A DNA stretch of 64,000 bases from Candidatus Binatia bacterium (GTDB taxonomy: Bacteria > Desulfobacterota > Binatia > UBA9968 > JAJDTQ01), in NCBI GenBank assembly GCA_963666515.2, contig OY762897.2, positions 608,001 to 672,000 of the forward strand, read 5' to 3'. The notes under the pieces are model-generated. The model was not told the DNA's origin, made no database searches, and saw only the letters and a program-made list of their open reading frames with translations. Numbering within the stretch: position 1 is the first letter of the stretch; every line of letters begins with the position of its first letter. A program made the translations under genes and the position numbers. Positions 44,718-52,816 of the stretch are shown one piece after another.

Positions 44718-45917
44718 TTACGCGGACACGGTGATCAGGTCGAGCTTGCTGGACCCCAGCCGGCGGGCGCCGTCGTCGGTCACCACCACCGTGTCGCCGA
44801 TGCTCGCGTGGTCCTTGCCTTCGGCCATGCGGATGCGCGGCTTGAGGATGAACACCATGCCGGCGGCGAGCTGGATCTTCTGGAACCGCTCCACGTCGGC
44901 GTCGCCCATGAGCGCGGGTCCGTCGTCGCCCAGCCCGCGGGCGTGCATCATCGGGTGGCTCCACATGTACCTGCCGTCTCCGTGTTCCTCGACCGTCTTC
45001 ATGTACGTGTCGAACAGCGTCCCGAACGTGACCCCCGGCTTCATGGCGCCGAGGATCGCGTGGAAGCACGCGCACGAAATGTCCATCAGTTCCCGGAAGG
45101 TCGCGTCGGGCTCGCCCAGCAGCATGGGGCGCACGGCCTGCGCGGCGTAGCCGGCGTACTTGGCCTCGATCTCGTTGACGATGCGGTCGCCGCGCCGGAT
45201 GACCCGGTTGGTGGGGACGAAGGAGCTCTGGGTTTGCCCGGGTCCCGATCCCAGGAAGAAGAGCGTCGGCAGCTCGCCGCCGTTGCGCAGCATCACGTGG
45301 GCCATGTCCGCGTAGAGTTCCTTTTCGGACACGCCCTCCCGCGCCCCTTCGGTCATGGCGTCGATCATGCGCTCGATGATCTCCATGGAGCGCTCCATGC
45401 AGCCGATCTCCTCGGCGCTCTTGACGGCGCGGACCTCCTGCATAAGGCTCGTGGCGTTCACCATCTCCGCGTCGGGAAACGCCTGCCGCAGCGCCTCCAC
45501 CGTGGTATGGGCGACGATGCCGTCCGGGGTGCGGATCAGGCCCGAGAGGCCGGAGATGCCCAGGCGGCCGTTCTTGAAGCCCAGCTCCCGAAGCCGCGAC
45601 ACCGCGTCCTCGGCCCAGCGATTGCGTCCGTCCCTCACGTCCTCGACCCAGTCCTGCACCCGCTTCCACCAGTTCGCACGGTTGAACACGTACGCGGTCA
45701 GCGGCCCCTCCGCCGGAAAGACCGTGAACACCTCCGTGGCGAACCCGCCGATGCCGGTCACGTAGCGGGAGTCCGCCATGACCTGTTCCCAGCGGCTGGT
45801 GTTGGCCGGCAGCAGCAGCACGTCCAGCCACGCCTCGGCCATCTTTTCACGCACGAGCCTGTGCCGGCGGTCCCGTTCGGCACGGGAGAGGAAAGGAATC
45901 AGTTCGGTATCAGCCAT
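44718..45917 (-). CDS. M24 (Xaa-Pro peptidase/creatinase) fold protein, probably metal-independent
   Basis: Creatinase-like N-domain; RAVKSAEEI, GYAAQAVR, HARGLG, ILKP and IGDTVVVT motifs. Confidence 0.82.
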   Translation of the reverse strand: MADTELIPFLSRAERDRRHRLVREKMAEAWLDVLLLPANTSRWEQVMADSRYVTGIGGFATEVFTVFPAEGPLTAYVFNRANWWKRVQDWVEDVRDGRNRWAEDAVSRLRELGFKNGRLGISGLSGLIRTPDGIVAHTTVEALRQAFPDAEMVNATSLMQEVRAVKSAEEIGCMERSMEIIERMIDAMTEGAREGVSEKELYADMAHVMLRNGGELPTLFFLGSGPGQTQSSFVPTNRVIRRGDRIVNEIEAKYAGYAAQAVRPMLLGEPDATFRELMDISCACFHAILGAMKPGVTFGTLFDTYMKTVEEHGDGRYMWSHPMMHARGLGDDGPALMGDADVERFQKIQLAAGMVFILKPRIRMAEGKDHASIGDTVVVTDDGARRLGSSKLDLITVSA

Positions 45918-45957
45918 GGTTTCGCTCTTTCGATTCAAGGAGGTCGGATGGAAGCGG

Positions 45958-45985
45958 ATTATAGGTCCCTTGGAGCACCTGTCAA
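45958..45985 (-). promoter_or_regulatory. Consensus sigma70 promoter upstream of the M24 gene
   Basis: TTGACA-N16-TATAAT with both hexamers perfect; the -35 box overlaps the stop codon of the upstream cupin gene. Confidence 0.8.
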
Positions 45986-47073
45986 CCGCGTCTCGGGTTC
46001 GCCGCCTCCCTGGCCTTGGCCTCCGCCAGAGCGGGCAGCTCCTCGAACGAAACCGCCTCCACCTCGAACGCCGTGCCTCCTCGCGGCCCGGAGGAATCCG
46101 CCTGGGGGTGCATGGGGTGGCGGAAATAGAAGACGTAGCGGAGGAAGCCCTCGCCGCCGGTGATGCGGTGGGCGATGCCCCGGGGCACGTAGCCCATCTC
46201 GCCCGGATCCAGCTCGTGCACGCCCCACTCGGTGTCGTTGGTGGCGTGGCCGCGGAACTGGAACCAGATCTCGTCGTCGTCCATGCCCCGGTGGAAGCCG
46301 TTCTGCTGTCCGATGGTGTTGTAGGTGTCCGTGCGGAAGTCCTCGCTCTCGTACTGTTGCGGTCCCGGCCCGCCGCCCTTGCCGGTCATGCCGGTGAAGT
46401 AGTCGAACACGCGCATCACCGTGACTTCCCGGCTCTTGCCGCGCTCGAAGGTGACGCAGCCCACGAGCCCGGCGTGGTCGCGTTCGATGACGATGGGCTC
46501 CAGCGCCGGATCCCAGAAGTCCGTGACCTCGAGAATCCGGCCCGTGCGCGGCGGGATGGCGACGCTCTGCGGTTCCGTCGGCTCGCCGGCCGCGCGGGCG
46601 TGGAACTCCGTCCGCGTCAGCGGGTTCTCGGGGTCCAGGGTCGTGCGCACGGGCTTGTGCGCCTTGACTACCAGTTGCCGGCAGCCCGGCGCGCCGATCA
46701 TCCGGTACGATACGCCCGCCGGCACGTGCATCGAGTACCCGGGCGACAAATGAAACTCGCCGAACTCCGTCTCCGCGGCGCCGTTGCCGGTGAACTGGAA
46801 CACGAGCACGTCGTAGTCCGCGGGGCGGTGGAAGACGGGCTCGGGGCCGTCGAGCACATGGGCCTCGATGATGCCGTCCTGCCCCTGCCACAGCACCGGC
46901 GGCTTCACTCCCGGCCGGTTCGTGGTTCCGTTCACCAGGTCGAACGGCTTGAGGCGCGGCATGGGGCGGCCGCCGCTCCGTTGCGTGCCGATCAACTCGT
47001 CCTCGTCCCGCTTGAACCAGATGGGCCGGGGCGAGTCCCAGTGCGTCATGAATTCGAAGAACTGCTTGCCCAT
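45982..47073 (-). CDS. Homogentisate-dioxygenase-like bicupin (third paralog)
   Basis: FHRPADYD..FQFTG..ETEFG and FHRGMDDDEIWFQFRG..VPRGIAH motifs. Confidence 0.72.
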   Translation of the reverse strand: MGKQFFEFMTHWDSPRPIWFKRDEDELIGTQRSGGRPMPRLKPFDLVNGTTNRPGVKPPVLWQGQDGIIEAHVLDGPEPVFHRPADYDVLVFQFTGNGAAETEFGEFHLSPGYSMHVPAGVSYRMIGAPGCRQLVVKAHKPVRTTLDPENPLTRTEFHARAAGEPTEPQSVAIPPRTGRILEVTDFWDPALEPIVIERDHAGLVGCVTFERGKSREVTVMRVFDYFTGMTGKGGGPGPQQYESEDFRTDTYNTIGQQNGFHRGMDDDEIWFQFRGHATNDTEWGVHELDPGEMGYVPRGIAHRITGGEGFLRYVFYFRHPMHPQADSSGPRGGTAFEVEAVSFEELPALAEAKAREAANPRRG

Positions 47074-47195
47074 AGTCGAGATGCTCCTTTTCGAGGGACG
47101 CCCACCACTATCAACAACCGTTGCAGGGCGTCAACTGGCGCCCGTTCTGCGGGCACGTGTTGTGAGGCGTCCGTCCCTGGTGTATGTGCACGGCT

Positions 47196-48152
47196 ATGGC
47201 CAACCTGCGCTTGACGCTCTCGTGCGGCGACTACGACCGCACCCGCTTCCTCATCGAGGGCAAGGTGGCCACGCCCGGGCTCGACCTCGAGGTGATCCCC
47301 CTCGCTTCTCCCGAACGCCATGCCCGCTTCACGCGCAGTCTCGAGTTCGACGCATGTGAGCTTCAGATGGGCGTCTTCCTGGGCTGGAAGAGCCGCAGCG
47401 TGCCGGTGACGGCCATCCCCGTGTTTCCCCACGTGAAGTTCTGTCACGGCGCGGTGGTGGTGCACTCCGAGGCCGGCATCGAACGACCCGAGGACCTGCG
47501 CGGCAAGCGCATCGGGCTCCAGGCCCACTTCAATCCCATCGCCGTGTGGATGCGCGGCGTCCTCAAGCACGAGCACGGCGTTGCCCCCGGCGAGATGCGG
47601 TGGATCACCAATTCCAAGGAGCAGGTGTCGCCCTGGGAGCCGCCGGAATGGCTGCACGTCGAGCAGGCGCCGGCTGGCCGCCGCGTCACGGAGATGCTGG
47701 AGGCGGGCGAGATCGACGCCTACATGCTGCCCACCATCGGGTCGGCGTTCCGCGCCGGCAAGAGCGTCGGCCGCCGGCTCTGGCCCGACTACCGGGAAGT
47801 GGAGGCCGACTACTACCGGCGTACGGGAATCTATCCTCTGCGCCACACCGTGGTCGTCAAGGACGAGATCCTGGAGCGGAATCCCTGGGTGGCCGAAACC
47901 TTGCTGCAGGCTTTCGAGGAAGCGAAGGTCCGCGGCCTCGAATACATGCGCGACCCCCGGCGTTCCTACCTGGCGTGGTACGGCGAAGCCATCGAAGCAG
48001 ACGAGAAGGTGCTGGGACGGGACCCGTTCCCGTACTCGGTGGAAGCGCAACGCCACGCCCTGGACACCATGCTGCTCTACGCGTCGGAGCAGGCCGTGAC
48101 CACCCGCCGGTTGAGCGTAGACGAGTTGTTCGCGCCCTCAACCCTGCGTTGA
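47196..48152 (+). CDS. 4,5-dihydroxyphthalate decarboxylase-like protein (periplasmic-binding-protein fold, no signal peptide)
   Basis: LTLSCGDYDRT, FDACE, AIPVFP, AVWMRG.L, YYRRTGIYP..H and DPFPY motifs. Confidence 0.75.
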   Translation: MANLRLTLSCGDYDRTRFLIEGKVATPGLDLEVIPLASPERHARFTRSLEFDACELQMGVFLGWKSRSVPVTAIPVFPHVKFCHGAVVVHSEAGIERPEDLRGKRIGLQAHFNPIAVWMRGVLKHEHGVAPGEMRWITNSKEQVSPWEPPEWLHVEQAPAGRRVTEMLEAGEIDAYMLPTIGSAFRAGKSVGRRLWPDYREVEADYYRRTGIYPLRHTVVVKDEILERNPWVAETLLQAFEEAKVRGLEYMRDPRRSYLAWYGEAIEADEKVLGRDPFPYSVEAQRHALDTMLLYASEQAVTTRRLSVDELFAPSTLR

Positions 48153-49214
48153 CTGGGGAAAGAACTTGAGGCGCTCCTTCGGCAGGGTGACGTAGACCTT
48201 GTCGCTGACGGGCGCCTTGTCCATGGTCTTCACCTGCAGCAGCGTGCCGGATACGCGCACCTCATGGACGAACAGGTCGCCGAGGTAGGTGCGCGACACC
48301 AGCTCCCCGGCGAACTCGTTGTCCCGGCCGGTGGGGGCAGGGCTCATCTCCAGATCCTCCGGGCGGATTCCCAGGGTTCCGGTGAGCCCCGGCCGGTCCG
48401 TGTGCGGGGTCTTGAGCGTGCCCAACCGCGTCTCCACCGCGCCCTCGGCCCTGGTCTCGCCGTCCAGCCAGTTGATGGAGCCGAAGAACTCGGCCACCAC
48501 CCGGTTGGCCGGTCCCTCGTAGAGTTCCTCGGGACTGCCCACGGAAACGATGGCGCCCAGGCTCATGACCGCGATGCGGTCCGCCACCACCATGGCCTCC
48601 ACCTGATCGTGGGTCACGTATAGCACCGTGATGTTGAGCCGCTTGGCGAGTTCGCGGATCTGCACCCGCATCTCCTCCCGCAGGCGCGCGTCGAGGTTGC
48701 TCAAGGGCTCGTCCATGAGCAGCAGCTTGGGGTTCACGGCCAGGGCGCGCGCCAGCGCCACCCGCTGTTGCTGGCCGCCGCTCAGGAGCGGCGACGGCCG
48801 CTCCGCGTAGTCCTCCAGTTGCACCAGCTTCAGGGACTCGTGGACGCGCTCCCGCACCAGGGACTTGTCGATCTTCTTGCGCCCGCGAGTAAGCGGCAAC
48901 GCGACGTTCTGGAAGACGGTCATGTGGGGCCAGATGGCGTAGGACTGGAAGACCATGCCGATCTTGCGGTCCTCGGGGGGTGCGGAGATTCCCTGGTCTC
49001 CGGAAAAGACCGTGGCGCCGTCGATCTCGATCTCTCCGGCGTCCGGCGTTTCCAGCCCGGCCACGCAACGCAACAGCGTCGTCTTGCCCGAGCCGCTGGG
49101 TCCCAGCAGCACGAAGAACTCGCCCTCCTCGACACCTTGCGTCACGCCGCCGAGGGCGGCCACCTCGTTGCCGCCGACCCTGAAGATCTTTCGCAGTTCC
49201 CTGACCTGGAGCAT
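48138..49214 (-). CDS. ABC transporter ATP-binding subunit
   Basis: GPSGSGKTT, LSGGQQQR and LMDEP motifs; probable partner of the 39720-42644 and/or 23876-26841 components. Confidence 0.92.
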   Translation of the reverse strand: MLQVRELRKIFRVGGNEVAALGGVTQGVEEGEFFVLLGPSGSGKTTLLRCVAGLETPDAGEIEIDGATVFSGDQGISAPPEDRKIGMVFQSYAIWPHMTVFQNVALPLTRGRKKIDKSLVRERVHESLKLVQLEDYAERPSPLLSGGQQQRVALARALAVNPKLLLMDEPLSNLDARLREEMRVQIRELAKRLNITVLYVTHDQVEAMVVADRIAVMSLGAIVSVGSPEELYEGPANRVVAEFFGSINWLDGETRAEGAVETRLGTLKTPHTDRPGLTGTLGIRPEDLEMSPAPTGRDNEFAGELVSRTYLGDLFVHEVRVSGTLLQVKTMDKAPVSDKVYVTLPKERLKFFPQSTQG

Positions 49215-49238
49215 GAGGACCTCCGGAAGGGCAGCCGC

Positions 49239-50072
49239 CTATCCGATGGGATGACGCGCCAGGAAATCCTCCAGCGCGTCGATGGCGCCGGTGCCGTCCC
49301 AGAAGGTCATGTGGCGCACTCGCGGTATGAGAGCCAGCTCCGCTCCGGGGATCGCCTGTCCCAGGCGCCGGGCCGTGTCCACTGGCGTGCTGCCTTGCCG
49401 TTCCACCTTGTCGTCCTCGCCGCACAGCACCAGCGCGGGCACCCGCACCTGTGGCGCCATGTCCAGCGAGTCCCAGGTGAGGCGTGCGCGCTCGTGGCGG
49501 CGGAACATCTCCACGGTGGACTGGCCGGACCACAAGGCATCGGCGAGCGCGGCGGCGGCCGCGCGGTTGGCGTGGTAGAAGGTCGGGTTGAACGCCATCC
49601 CGTCGTTGTCCACGTGCGACTTGATGTACTGCTCGAACCCCATTTCCCGAATCTGGGCGTGGGTTCCCGGGGACACTTCCCGCGGCGCGCCGACCAGGTT
49701 GCGAGAGCCCGGGCCGGTGGCCGTCATGGTCAGCGTGGCCACCAGGTCCGGGCGGGCGATGGCCAGGGCCTGGAGGATCTGGCCGCCGATGGCGAACCCG
49801 ACCACGTGGCAGCGCGTGATGCCGAGATGCGCCAGCAACGCCGCGCAGTCCTCGGCGAACTGGCTCACGGTGTAGCCGTCCTCGGGGCCGCTGCTGCGGC
49901 CGGTGCCGCGGCAGTCCATGATGACGGTCTCCCAGCGCCGGCTCAGGGCCGGCACCACCTGGAGCTTCCAGGGATCCAGCGGCCACCACGATGCGGGGAC
50001 CAGCAGCACCGGCTCCCCCGCGCCCTCCCTCTCGTAGTAGATGTCCACTCCATCCAGCTTCGCTATGGGCAT
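49239..50072 (-). CDS. Alpha/beta hydrolase-fold protein lacking the nucleophile Ser
   Basis: DCRGTGRS, nucleophile elbow GFAIGG, acid GEDD and His RHMTFW. Confidence 0.85.
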   Translation of the reverse strand: MPIAKLDGVDIYYEREGAGEPVLLVPASWWPLDPWKLQVVPALSRRWETVIMDCRGTGRSSGPEDGYTVSQFAEDCAALLAHLGITRCHVVGFAIGGQILQALAIARPDLVATLTMTATGPGSRNLVGAPREVSPGTHAQIREMGFEQYIKSHVDNDGMAFNPTFYHANRAAAAALADALWSGQSTVEMFRRHERARLTWDSLDMAPQVRVPALVLCGEDDKVERQGSTPVDTARRLGQAIPGAELALIPRVRHMTFWDGTGAIDALEDFLARHPIG

Positions 50073-50144
50073 TTCAATCTCCGGTTGTTCATTGGCCCGA
50101 TGGGCGGGACGCGTCCTCGGTAAAGAATTACATGTGACACTACA

Positions 50145-51419
50145 CTAGTCCGCGCGTGAACCGCCACCCCCCTCATCGGAGCGCAGCAACTCAAGGATCT
50201 CCCGGCGCGGAAACCCGTCCACGCGGCGCCGCATTTTCGCCTGATAATCCCGAATAGCGGCGCGTGTCCTGGGGCCGACGATGCCGTCGATCTCGCCGAT
50301 GTCGTATCCTCTCGCGGCCAGCAGGCGCTGTAGCTCCTTGCGTTCCGGTTCGGCCATGGGGCGGATGCCGCCGGGCCAGACAAGGGCGGGTTCCTCGCCT
50401 CGCAACCGGTCGGAAAGGCGTCCGACCGCCAGCGCGTACTTGTGCGCGGGGTTGTAGCGCATGATCGCGCGGAAGTTCCGGCGCAGGAGGAAGGCCGGCC
50501 CCTTGGGTCCCGCCGGAAGGTCGAGGTAGGCGCGCTCCTCCGGATGCGGCAGTGCCTCGCCTTCGACGCCCCGAAGGCCCATCCGCTCCCATGCACGGAC
50601 GGTTCTTTCGCCTTTGCGGCCGGCGAGCCCGGTGTCGAACCCTTCCGGAACGATGACCCGGTGGCCCCACGGCCTGCCCGGGAGCCAGCCGTTCTTGCGC
50701 AGATAGTTGGCCGCGGACGCCAGCGCATCCTCGGGGCTGTCCCAGATGTCGCGCCGCCCGTCGCCGGTGTAGTCCACCGCGTAGGCCGCGTAGCTGGTGG
50801 GAATGAACTGCGTGTGGCCCATGGCTCCGGCCCAGGAGCCGGTCATGCGCTCCACGGTGATGTCGCCGGCCTTGAGGATATCGAGGGCGGCCAGCAACTG
50901 GTTGCGTCCGAACTTCGCCCGGCGTCCCTTGTAGGCCAAGGTGGAGAGAGAGCGGATGACGTTGCGCGTGCCGCGCAGCTTGCCATACAGCGTCTCCATG
51001 CCCCAGATGGCCGCCAGCACGTGGCGGTCCACGCCGTACCGCCGCTCGATGGCTTCCAGGTCAGCGGCGTGCTCGGACAGCTTGCCGCGCCCCTGCCGTA
51101 CGCGCGTATCGGTGATCACCAGCGCCATGTAGTGGGAGACCGGCAGCACGAACTCGGGCTGGCGGTTGTTTCGCTCGATGACCTCGGGGTCGGGGGTGAG
51201 GCCGCGAAACGCGCGGTCGTAGAGCGCTTCCGGAATGCCGCGCCGCAACGCCACCGCGCGGAACTCCCGCACGAAGGACTGATAGGCGGCCTGGTCGGAC
51301 GTGAGTGGCCGGGCGGGGGAAGTGGACGGCGCACCGAAAGCGGCCACGATCGCCGAAGCGAGGATCGCCAGGACCGGACCTCGGCGGCGAAAGCACTTCA
51401 CGGTCGTACGCCGTTTCAT
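50145..51419 (-). CDS. mltB: Lytic murein transglycosylase (MltB/Slt35 family) with C-terminal peptidoglycan-binding domain
   Basis: QPEF, AIWGMET.YG, GSWAGAMGHTQFIP, SAANYL, RYN and IDGIVGPRTRAAI motifs. Confidence 0.92.
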   Translation of the reverse strand: MKRRTTVKCFRRRGPVLAILASAIVAAFGAPSTSPARPLTSDQAAYQSFVREFRAVALRRGIPEALYDRAFRGLTPDPEVIERNNRQPEFVLPVSHYMALVITDTRVRQGRGKLSEHAADLEAIERRYGVDRHVLAAIWGMETLYGKLRGTRNVIRSLSTLAYKGRRAKFGRNQLLAALDILKAGDITVERMTGSWAGAMGHTQFIPTSYAAYAVDYTGDGRRDIWDSPEDALASAANYLRKNGWLPGRPWGHRVIVPEGFDTGLAGRKGERTVRAWERMGLRGVEGEALPHPEERAYLDLPAGPKGPAFLLRRNFRAIMRYNPAHKYALAVGRLSDRLRGEEPALVWPGGIRPMAEPERKELQRLLAARGYDIGEIDGIVGPRTRAAIRDYQAKMRRRVDGFPRREILELLRSDEGGGGSRAD

Positions 51420-51443
51420 GAAGTATACGGGTCTGTCCCTGGC

Positions 51444-51728
51444 CTACGTGAACAGTTTAACGATGATGGCGATGAGGCCAGCAAGTATGGAAACGCCTCC
51501 CAATGCCATCTTGCTTTCCAGCTTGGCGATGTCCGCCTTTGTGGCCAGGTACGGCAGAGTCGACTCGAAGGCCGCCTCCAGCCGGGCGATATCCGTCTTT
51601 GTGGCCAGCAGAGTCGATTCGAAGTGCGTCTCCAGCCGGGAGATATCCGCCTTTGTGGCCAAGTGCGGCAGAGTTGATTCAAAGGCCGTCTCCAGCCGGG
51701 TGATGCGTTCCTCCGCTCCGTCCGCCAT
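51444..51728 (-). CDS. Small coiled-coil repeat protein with C-terminal TM anchor (DUF1640/CCDC90-like LATKAD repeats)
   Basis: AAGGAG RBS; repeats of I.RLE..FESTL(P.)LATK.D; hydrophobic C-terminus. Confidence 0.75.
   Translation of the reverse strand: MADGAEERITRLETAFESTLPHLATKADISRLETHFESTLLATKTDIARLEAAFESTLPYLATKADIAKLESKMALGGVSILAGLIAIIVKLFT
51517..51704 (-). repeat. Intragenic tandem repeat, three units (60/54/60 bp) plus a partial fourth
   Basis: Recurrent ctttgtggcca and ctccagccggg blocks. Confidence 0.85.
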
Positions 51729-51920
51729 GATCGTTCTCCTTGCGGCCACTGTGACCGCTGTTGCGATGAAAATCAACGGTTTTTGAACAAATGCAGCTAA
51801 ACCCCACGGTCTTCACGGTTGTTTGCCCAACGAATCCGGGCTGGCTATATTTGGAGCCGCGTTGCTTCCCAGCTCCGCACAAAACAACTTCAGTGGCATC
51901 ACACGAGAGGAGACTTCACC

Positions 51921-52781
51921 ATGCCCAGACCGCGCCCCATCCAGTGGCCGGACAACGCCAAGATTTGCGTCACCTTCATCATCCCGTGGGAAGTGTGGCC
52001 GGACAACTACGCCACCCGCGGCTCGCTCCAGCGGGTCAGCCACCCGCTGCCGCCGGAGAACGCCGTTTTCAAGCAGAACATGGCCGCGGTCACCGAGCGC
52101 GAGTACGGCGACCGGGTGGGCATCTGGCGCATCATGGACATGTTCGAGCGCCACAACCTCAAGGTCACCTTCCTGATGAACGGCAAGAAGGTCGAGCAGT
52201 TCCCCGACGAGTGCAAGGAATTCCAGGCCCAGGGGCACGAGTTCTCCTCGGAGTGCTACGAGCACGAGTACGCCTTCATGTACACCCGGGAGGAGGAGCG
52301 GAAGTCGATCCAGGACACCGTCGCCGCCTTCAGGAACGTGCTCGGAGCGCCGCCCACGGGCTACCTGTCGCCGGGCCACGCTTCCACCGACAACACCCTG
52401 GAGCTGGTGGCGGAGGCCGGTTTCGTGTGGTGGGCCGACCCGCTCAACTCCGACATCCCCTACACCGTGGAGGCAGCAGGCCGGAAGGTCGCGGTGGTGC
52501 CCTACAACGTGCCGGGCTGCAACGACTACTCCACCTACGGCGGCGGACGCACGCCCAGGGACCTGCTCCAGATCATGAAGGACCAGTTCGACTACCTCTA
52601 CTGGGAGGGAGAGCAGGGGGCGCCGAAGTTCTTCGCGTTCAACCTCCATCCGTTCGTCTCCGGCGTGCCTTACCGCACCCGGATCATCGACGAGTTCATC
52701 AAGTACGCCAGGGGCTTCTCGGACGTCTGGTTCGCTCGGCGGATCGAGATCGCCAACTGGGTCCTGGAGCAGGGCTACTGA
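51921..52781 (+). CDS. Polysaccharide deacetylase family (PuuE allantoinase-like) protein
   Basis: WPDNAKICV, REYGDRVGIWR, GYLSP, SDIPY and NLHPFVSG.PYR motifs; GAGGAG RBS. Confidence 0.85.
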   Translation: MPRPRPIQWPDNAKICVTFIIPWEVWPDNYATRGSLQRVSHPLPPENAVFKQNMAAVTEREYGDRVGIWRIMDMFERHNLKVTFLMNGKKVEQFPDECKEFQAQGHEFSSECYEHEYAFMYTREEERKSIQDTVAAFRNVLGAPPTGYLSPGHASTDNTLELVAEAGFVWWADPLNSDIPYTVEAAGRKVAVVPYNVPGCNDYSTYGGGRTPRDLLQIMKDQFDYLYWEGEQGAPKFFAFNLHPFVSGVPYRTRIIDEFIKYARGFSDVWFARRIEIANWVLEQGY

Positions 52782-52816
52782 GACGGACGGGAGGGCAGGG
52801 CTCTGTGGCGCCCGGG

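Noticed and set aside
51517-51704. Tandem repeats as a CRISPR array
   Set aside because: The repeats are in-frame coding units with no unique spacers, and no cas genes are present.
51444-51728. LATKAD repeat protein as the MNIO precursor
   Set aside because: It has no Cys, has a C-terminal TM anchor, resembles a widespread coiled-coil family, and is separated from the operon by an opposite-strand gene. Not strictly excluded.
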